This document shows positions 27,258 through 36,200 of a stretch of 46,135 bases of DNA, one piece after another; positions within the stretch are counted from its first letter, which is position 1, and every line of letters begins with the position of its first letter. This stretch comes from Verrucomicrobiota bacterium. GTDB taxonomy: Bacteria > Verrucomicrobiota > Lentisphaeria > Lentisphaerales > Lentisphaeraceae. The notes below the pieces were generated by a model. The model did no database searches, had not been told where the DNA came from, and worked only from the letters and a program-made list of their open reading frames with translations. The stretch lies in the NCBI GenBank assembly GCA_039798785.1, contig JBDKFG010000034.1, forward strand, positions 1-46,135. The letters run 5' to 3'. Position numbers and translations under genes: made by a program.

Positions 27258-30200
27258 TCATGAGATCCCCGCGATGTCGAAGGGAATAGAGTAGTTTCCG
27301 ACATAAACATTGCCCGCATAGTCTTCGACGCTTCCGACAGTGACGGACATCGACTGTCCGGGGTGGGGATCGAAATCATTGGGCGTGAACAAGGCGGTCC
27401 ATGTGATGCCATTATCGTTACTGGAGAGCCCGCTCATGATTCCGTTGGAGCCGCAATTGATGTCGGAAAGGTCGAATTCCCTCACGTTTTCGGAGAATGT
27501 GAAGGTGAAGGTCGTCGGTGAATTGAGATCCGGACTGCCGGGGAAGCTGATGCTTTGGAGGTCAGGGGCGGTGGTGTCGATGGTGTAGCTCTGGTTCGAG
27601 GCAGCGCCATCATTGCCCGCCTGGTCTTGCACCCAGACAGTGATGTCGCTGCCACTCAAGCTGCCGGTCCAGGACCAGGAATTCGAGCCTTCATTGGCCG
27701 TCGCGTAGTCATAATTAGTGCCGTCCACCGTGATCACGACTTTTTCTCCCGCCGCCAGAGTGGCACTGAGAGTGCCGCTGACGGTCTGGGACATCTGATT
27801 GACACGGAAGTCGTTGTGCGAATCGTTGCTCAGCGCAATCGTCGAGACCTCAGTTGTCGGAGGAGTGGTGTCAAGCACATAGGCCTGGCTACCAGTGATG
27901 CTGCCCTCATTGCCGACGGCATCGGCAAGCTTGAATTCGATCGAATTGCTGCCGACCAGCGTGGCATTGTCCCAGGAAACCGCAGTGCCCGAAACCTTGC
28001 TGGAGATATCGATCCAATCAGATCCATTGAGTCGGCCGAAAAGCTTGTCTCCGTCAGCCAGATTGCCGCTCAAGACGGCGGTGATCGTCTGGATCTCGAC
28101 GGAAGTGACGAAGTCGGTGTTGGAGTGGCCTGCGTCGTCACTCAAATCGACTCCCGAAACCGTGAGGGTCGGAGCACTGGTGTCGGCAGTGATGTTGACG
28201 CTGCCGGTGGGCGAGCTTTCATTGCCGGCTTCATCGGTGGCCGTGACATTGAAGGCATAGCTGCTCCCGTTGACGAGGCTGGCAGTGAAGCTCCAGCTGC
28301 CATTGAGGACGCTGGCATCGCCGAGATAGCTGAGACCATCGAAGACCTTGACGATGGCTCCGAGTTCGCAGGTGCCGCTCAGGCCCAGCTCGGTGTCATC
28401 GGTGGAGTCGCCGACATTCAGATTTCCAGTGATGGAACCGGCATCATCATCGAGGCTGGTGAAGGCAACGGCGGGGGCGGTGGTGTCGTAGGTGATATTG
28501 ACGGCATTCGACAAGGTGCTGGTATTGCCTGCGGCATCGGTGATGTCGGCGTCGTAATAATGCGCCCCATCGCTTTCATACTCCAGCGTCGCCGCCTGAA
28601 TGTCGACATATCCGGTTTCCAGATCATCACTGGTGACTGTATGTGTGGCATCTGTAATCGGGCTATGGGTGTAGACCGTGATGAGATCTCCCACGAGTGC
28701 GTTGGTTCCTGTCAAGCTGACCCGGACATAGGGGCGGTCGACATTGGTGATCAGATCGCTGTCGCTGGCGCCGGAGTCATTGGAGACTCCGCCGATCCAG
28801 CTGAGGGTCGGGGCGTTCGGAGCCGTGGCGTCGTAAGTGATGGTTTGGCTGCCAAGGAGGGTGCTAGCCTGGCCCAGTTCATTGATGGCCCGGAGAGAGA
28901 AGGTCGAGCTGGAGCTGGTATCCTGGGTCTTGAGATAGACGAGATCGCCCTCAGTGTCGACATCGCCGGGGACCACGGTCTGCCAGGTCGTGCCGTCAAC
29001 GCTGTACTGGAAGCTGGTGCCTGCCGCCAGATCACTCCCCGTGTATTCGAAGATCAGATCGGCCGTCGACTGGTTGGTGATGCTATCCGCGGGAACCAAG
29101 TCGTCGGTATCGGAACTGACCTGGCGGAAGCTGGCGCCGGTGACGCCGATGATGGTGGCGCTTGCCGAGCTGAAGCTTTCGGCATGGCCCTGCGCGTCGG
29201 TGTAGGCGACGGTGAAGTAGACCGGCTTCCCGGCATCGGCAGGGTCGGGCGTGAAGGTGCTCAAGCCCCATGCGTAATTGCCGTCGACAAACCAGCTGAA
29301 GATCATGTCCTCCAGCGCCGGTAGGCCGTCGGCATCGGCAAGTCCCGTAACGATGGCGCTGAGCTCCGCTCCGACTTGCGGGGCGGCACTAAAGGCGAGG
29401 GTGGCACTGGCGGCGTGATTCTCGATCTGGATGTCGGAATCGACCCAGAGCTGATCACCGTCGGCACTCTCCCAGATGTCGTAGATGCCGAGAATGCCGT
29501 CGAAGGTGTAGTCGGCGCGGATCTCCAGGGTTTGCGCAGCCGTGCCGTTGATCTGAGTGCCGTCGGCAAGGACCTCGCTGACGCGCAGGTGTTCGACCGC
29601 CGTGAGCTTAGCCGCGACCGCTTCCAGATCGGTGCTTTGGCTGATCCGCAAGACATCGTCGCCGGCGCCGCCGTCAATGCTGGTGAAATCTCCGTTGTTG
29701 GTCTCGAAGATGTCGTCGCCGGCGAGGCCGAGGACGACATCCTCGACATCGATGCCGGTGATCAGGTCGTTGGCGTTGGCGCTGCCGCTGAGGGTTTCCG
29801 GCGCGGCGACGCCGCTCTGCTCGGAGTGGCTGAGGCGGCTGCCGTCGGCGGCGAAGCGGGCCTGGTAGATGCCCCAGGAGCCAGCGGAGTCCTGTTCGTT
29901 GGAATCCCAGGTGACGAGGAAGCCGCCGTCTGGCAAGGCGTCGACTCTCGGGTTGGATTGCGCATCGCGGGAAGTGGCATTGACCTGTAGTTCACCGCCA
30001 ACCAGGCTGCCGTCGGCAGCGTAGATCTGCAGGAAGACTCCTGAGCCGTTTGCGTCCTGTCCGTTGCTCTCCCAAACCACGACCCAGCCGCCGCCGCTGA
30101 GGCCGGCCGTAGAGCTGCGCATCTGGTCGTAAAGCGTGTGGGAGTTCACCTGGACCTCGCCGCCAGTGGCGTTGCCAGCAGCGGTGTAGCGCTGCTGGAA

Positions 30201-33200
30201 GATGCCGAAGCCGCCAGCTTCGTCATGGCCGTAGGAAGACCAGGTCACCAGCCAGCCGCCGTCGGCGAGAGAGCTGAGATTGGCTCCGGTCTGAGCATTG
30301 CCAGTCTCGGTGTTGACCTGGACTTCGGCACCTGCAGTGCCGTCCGCGGCAAAGCGCTTCTGGAATATGCCGCCGCTGCTGTCTGCGGCTTGGAAAGATT
30401 CCCAGGTGACGACCCAGCCGCCATCCTCGAGGGCGGTGACGGCGCTGCTGAACTGCCAGTCCGAGGCGGTGGAGTTGACGAGGATATCAGCGCCTGCGCT
30501 GCCGTCGGCGGCGAAGCGTTTCTGATAGACGCCGTAGCCGTCACCATCTTGTCCGTAAGACGACCAAGTGACTAGCCAGCCGCCATCGGCCAGACCGGTG
30601 ACTTTGGGATTTTCTTGAGTGCTGTCGGTGTAGCTGTTGACGGGGCTTTCGCTGCCGACAAGGCTGCCGTCGGCGGCGTAACGCTGTTGATAGATGCCCG
30701 TGGACTCGGCGTCGGCAGAGGACCAGGTGATCACCCAGCCACCGTCTTCGAGAGCGGCGACATGGGCACGATCCTGGGTGCCGGCGAAGGTGGTGTTGGC
30801 TTGGAGTTCGGCGCCGAGTGCGGCTCCAGTGCTGTCGTAGCGTTGGAAGAAGATGCCGATCGAGTCGCCGTCCTGGTTGTCAGATTGCCAGGTGACGATC
30901 CAGCCGCCGTCTTTCAAAGTGGCGATGTTGGAGGAGACCTGATTTTCTAGAATCCAAGTATTGACCTGGCTTTCGCGGTCGTCGGCTCCGGTGATGGCGA
31001 TCTGGACGGTAATTTCACGATCGACCGCACCGTCCTTGCTGGCAGTGACGGCGAAGCTGTCGGTGAAACTGCCGGCGGGAAGGAGATTGATCTTGTGATC
31101 GTCTGGGGTGTAGGAGTAGCTGCCGTCGGCATTGACGGTGATCGAGCCGTAGCGGCCCGTGGCGCTGCCGGCGTAAGTCCAGCCTCCTTCGTCGGCGGCG
31201 ATGTTGCCGGTGACCGGATCGAAGTCATCCGAAGCGGCCGTGTCGGTCACGCCTCTGGGGAGATAGCGCTGCTGGTAGATGCCGCTGGCGCTGCCGTCCT
31301 GGCCATTCGACTGCCAGGTGACGACCCAGCCGCCGTCCGCCAAGCCGGAGATGGCTGACTGCTCCTGCTCACCAACCGTAAAGGTATTGACAAGAGTTTC
31401 GCCACCCACCGGCGTGCCGTCGCTAGCGAAGACTTGCTGATAGATGTTGTAAGCCGCACCATCAGTATCTGCGTTGGATTTCCAGGTGATGACCCAGCCG
31501 CCGTCGGCGAGGGCGGTGACCTTGGGGAAGCGTTGATCGTATTGGAACGCGGTGTTCACTTGCACCTCGCCGCCGATCTTGGCGCCGGAGGCATCGAAGA
31601 GCTGTTGGAAAACGCCCCAGTCGTAGCCGTCCTGGTCGGTAGCCATCCAGGTGGTCAGCCAGCCGCCGCTGGCGAGAGCGGTGACGGAGGGGAACTCCTG
31701 ATGATAGTTGGTGCTGGTCAGCTCGTCATTGACCAAGGTCTCGCTGCCAACCTTGGCACCTGCTGCGTCGTAACGCTGCTGGTAGACGCCCCAGGCATAG
31801 TTGTCCTGGCTGGACTTCCAGGTCACAACCCAGCCGCCGTCGGCTAGCCCCGTGAGGCAGGCATCTCGCTGATCGTGGTCGGCGCCGGTCGCCGCGTCGT
31901 TGACCTGGTTTTCGCCGCCCACTTTGACGCCCGCCGCGGAGTAGCGCTGCTGGTAGATGCCGCCCCCATATCCGTCTTGATTGAAGCTGATCCATGCCAC
32001 GGCCCAGCCGCCGTCTTCCAAAGCCGTGACGGCCGGGAGTTCCTGGCTGGAGATGGCTCCGGTGACGCTGTTGTTGACGAGATTTTCCGAGCCGACCTGG
32101 GCTCCCGAGGCGGAATAACGCTGCTGGTAGATGCCAAAGCCGTCGCCGTCCTGATCGGCCATCCAAGTGACTACCCAGCCGCCGTCATGGAGAGCTGTGA
32201 CCGAGGGATTCCTCTGGTCGTTGGCGACGCTGGCGGCGCCATTGACCCGGGAGGAGTTGATTTCGTTGCCGTCGGCATCGAAGCGCTTCTGGTAGATGCC
32301 ATAGCCTCCGCCGTCTTCTTCGAAGCTCATCCAGGTGACGACCCAGCCGCCATCCTCAAGGCCGGTGACGGCCGGGCTTTCCTGAGTATAGGGAGAAGTA
32401 CTGACCCAGACTTCGCCTCCGCTGGTAAGGGGGCGGGTCTCGGTAAAGACCGCAGCCGGCGCCACCGCGTCCGTCGCCGCAGAACGGGCGATTTCGAAAT
32501 GACCCTGCACATCGGTGTAATAGACGGAGACGGTGATGGCCTTGCCGACGTCGCCGGCGACCGGGGCATAGGTCGAGGCATCGGTGCCGACATTGCTGCC
32601 GTCGGCCTGCCACTGGTAGTGCAGGGTGCCGAGGCCGTCGGCGTCGCCAAGAGTGGATGAGGCGCTGAGGATGACGCCGGCCTGGGCTGTGCCGCTGATG
32701 CTGACGCCGCCGCTGTGCTGGTGGTTGACGATGCGGATGTCTTCATCGACCAGGATGTCGTCGCCTCCGAAGGTCCAGCGGTCATATCCCGCCGCGTTGC
32801 TGACATAGAGGTAGCCGGCGATGTTGAGAAGCTGCAGGGCGGAGCCTTCGATGACCAGGCTGTCGGGCAAGGCACCGAGCAGCGTGGTGTCGCCGATAAG
32901 TTCGTAGCGCTCAAAACCGCTGAAGCCGGCGAACTCGCTGGCGTCGATGATGCCGCGGAGGAGGAGGGTGTCGGTGCCGTTGCCGGCATCGATGCTGTCG
33001 CCGCCGGCGCTGTAGACGAAGCTTTCATCGGCATCAGTGCCGGTAAAGACATCGGTGCCGGCGCCGCCTTCGAAGCGCTCGATCGAAGTAAGTTTGAAGC
33101 TGAAATCCGCGAGGTTGACGGTGCCGCTGAGCATCAAGGTGTCGGTGCCGGCACCGCCATTGATCGCGGTGAAGTCGCTGGCTGAAAGGGCGAAGACATC

Positions 33201-36200
33201 GTCGCCGGCGAGGCCGAGAGCGCTGTCGCCCGCGCCGATGTTGATGAAGGCGTCATTGGCATTGCCGCTGCCGGTCAGGATGTCCGCGGCCACGGTGCCG
33301 CTCTGCTGGGAATGGCTGATGCGGGTGCCGTCGGCGGCGAAGTGAGCGGCGAAGATGTCGGTGCTGCCGGTCACGGGATTATTGCCGTGCCAGGAGACGA
33401 CGAAGCTGCCGTCATCCAGGCCGCTGATGCGTGGCGTGGCTTGATCATTGAGAGTTGTGGTGTTGACGACGAAGTCGTTGCCGAGGGGATTGAAATCGCC
33501 ATCATAGATACGAGCCAAGATGTCCTTGTTGCCGCCGGGGCCTTCCCAGGTGATGACAAAGCCTCCGCCTGCAAGACTGGCGGCTTGGGCATGGATCATC
33601 GAGCCTGAAGTAGTGCTGACCACGAACTCGTTGCCGACGGGATTGAATGCCGAATCAAAACGCCGGGCGCAAATGCTGCCTTCGCTTTCCCAGGTGATGA
33701 GGAAGCCGCCATCGCCGAGAGCGATCGCCATGGCATTGTCCTGGGTTCCGGCCGTCGTGGTGTTGACCGCGAAGTCATTGCCGACGGGATTGCCTGAGGC
33801 ATCGAAGCGGCGCGCAAAAATATCCCCTTCGTTCAAGCTCCAAGTCACCAGGAAACCGCCATCAGCGAGACCGATGCCCTTGCCGTGTTTCTGGGAATTT
33901 GACAAGTTGGAATTGACCACGAAGTCATTGCCGATGGCATTGAAATCGCTGTCGTAGCGGCGGGCGAAGATGTCATCGGTGCCGCTATTGCCGGCATGCC
34001 AGGACAGCAGGTAGCCGCCATCAGCCAGGTCGCTGACCGAAGGTTCGAATTGAAACTCGCCCGAAATCCCAGTGGTATTGACCATGAAGTCGCTTCCCTG
34101 GGGATTGAGCTCACGATCAAAACGGCGCGCATAAATGTCGTAGGTGCCGTTGTCCGTATTGTAGCGCTCCCAAGTGAAGAGGAGGCCGCCATCTGCCAGG
34201 TCGCTGACGGCAACGCCCGTTCCGTAGTTCTCGCTGTTGACCTGGAATTCCTCACCGACGGGCTGGAGCTCTGCATCATAGCGCCGGGCATAGATGTGAT
34301 ATTGGCCTGTCGCAAGGCCGTACCAGGTGACGACAAAGCCGCCGTCGCCGAGCTGGGCGATCGCCGGATTGTACTGGTCACTGGTCATGGCGGTGTTGAC
34401 GATGAATTCGCCGTCATCCGCGCCTTGGATGGCAACGTTCAAAGTCAAAGTTCTCGATTCTGACCCATTGCCGGCGTTAAACGTGAAGGATTCGGTGTAG
34501 GCGCCGGCAGGCAGGAGATTGATCTTGGTGGCATCAGGAGTGTACAAGTAGGTGCCGTCGGCATTAATCGACAGGGTGCCGAAAAGGCCGACGTTTGTTT
34601 CGGGGGTGAAACTCCACCCTTCCTCGTCGGGGAAAATCTGCCCGGTACTCGCTTTCAGCTCGTCCATGGCGACTGTTTCGTTTATGGTCTTGACGAAGCT
34701 GCTGAGCGGAGTGATCACGAGAGAATCATAGTGCTGGTAGATGTCGAAGTTGCCGTTCTGTCTGCCGCTCCAGACCGTGACGAGGCCGCCATCGGCGAGT
34801 ACCGCCGCGTCCGGATGACGTTGGTCCGACTCGGTCACCGTGTTGAGCCGTTCGCCGTCGTCCCTTGCCGTGCCGTTGGCGCTGAAACTCCGGGCATAAA
34901 TGTCATCATCGCCAGTCCAGACAATACGGAAGCCTCCATCAGCCAAGCCTACAACATCCGGATTGTAATGATATCCATAAGGGAAGCTGACCAGGAATCT
35001 CTCGCCCAAGGCATTCCCTGCGGCATCATAAATCCGACCATATACATCGTCGTAATCATAGTAGGCACTCCAGGTGATGATGAAGCCGCCGCCGCTTAGA
35101 GCTGCGACGCTGACGGTGTTCCCAGAGAAATCATTGTCGCATAAAGTCGCGCCGCCTTGAGGGACGCCGTTTGCATCAAGTCTTTGGAAGTAGGTCTCGT
35201 AATCTTTCATCCACGCAACTATGAAGTCGCCATTGCTCAGGACCGCAAGGGAGGGATCTCTGTCATCGATTGCCGGATTGCTGGCGACGGTGATCTCTGC
35301 CCCTTGGGCGACGCCCGAGGCATCGAAACGCCGCGCGTAGATGTCGTAGCTGCCGTTCTGATCACCTGCCCAAGCCAGCAGGAAGCCGCCTGAAGCGAGC
35401 AAAGTCACCTCGGGACTGCGCTGGGTGGCGGTACTGGCGCTGTTGATCTGGGTCTCCACGCCCTGCGCCACCCCGGCAGCATCAAAAAGTCGCAGATAGA
35501 TGTTGGAATCGCCGCTTTCCTCACCCGCCCAGGCGATGGCGAAGCCGCCGCCGTCGAGTGCCGCGACCACCGGCGCCTCCTGCGTCAAGGTCGTGGTGGC
35601 ATTGACTGCGATCTCCGTCCCCACGGCCACTCCATCGGCATCGTAGATCTGGGCATAGATGTCGTAGTTGCCACTCTGATTGCCCTGCCAGGCGACGACA
35701 TAGCCGCCGCCACTCAGAATCGCGATCGCAGCGGCGCTCTGGTGGCTGCCCGTGACGGTGTTCACCATCGCGTCCGCACCACCCGAGTCCAGATGCTTTT
35801 CGCTGAAGCTCACCGGTGCGGCAACCGCGGCGGTGGCGGCGGAGATGACGCTTTCGTTGGCGCTGAAGCCGTCGGTGTAGGAGACCGTGACCGTCACCGC
35901 CTTGCCGACGTCGTCGGCGCCGAGGGCGTAGGTGGAGGAGTCGGAGCCGACGTTGACGCCGCCGGCCTTCCACTGGTAATGCAAAGTCCCCAGGCCATCG
36001 GCATCGTCGATGGAGGAGGAATCGGCGGTCAAGGTGTAACCCTGCCGGAGAATGCCGGAGATGGTGACGCTTCCGGTGGGGGCGTCGTTGACGTTGGCGA
36101 CGGCATTTGTGGCGGTGGAGCTGAGGCTTTCGGAAGTGCCGGCCGCATCGACATAGGAGGCGCTGACGCTGATGGTTTTGCCGACATGAGCCTGGGTGAG

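Noticed and set aside
24224..27289. 1021-aa plus-strand ORF
   Set aside because: Antisense shadow of the SASA fusion gene
29845..35770. Possible diversity-generating retroelement target/template pairs among propeller repeats
   Set aside because: No reverse transcriptase in the window, and I saw no near-identical pair differing only at adenines
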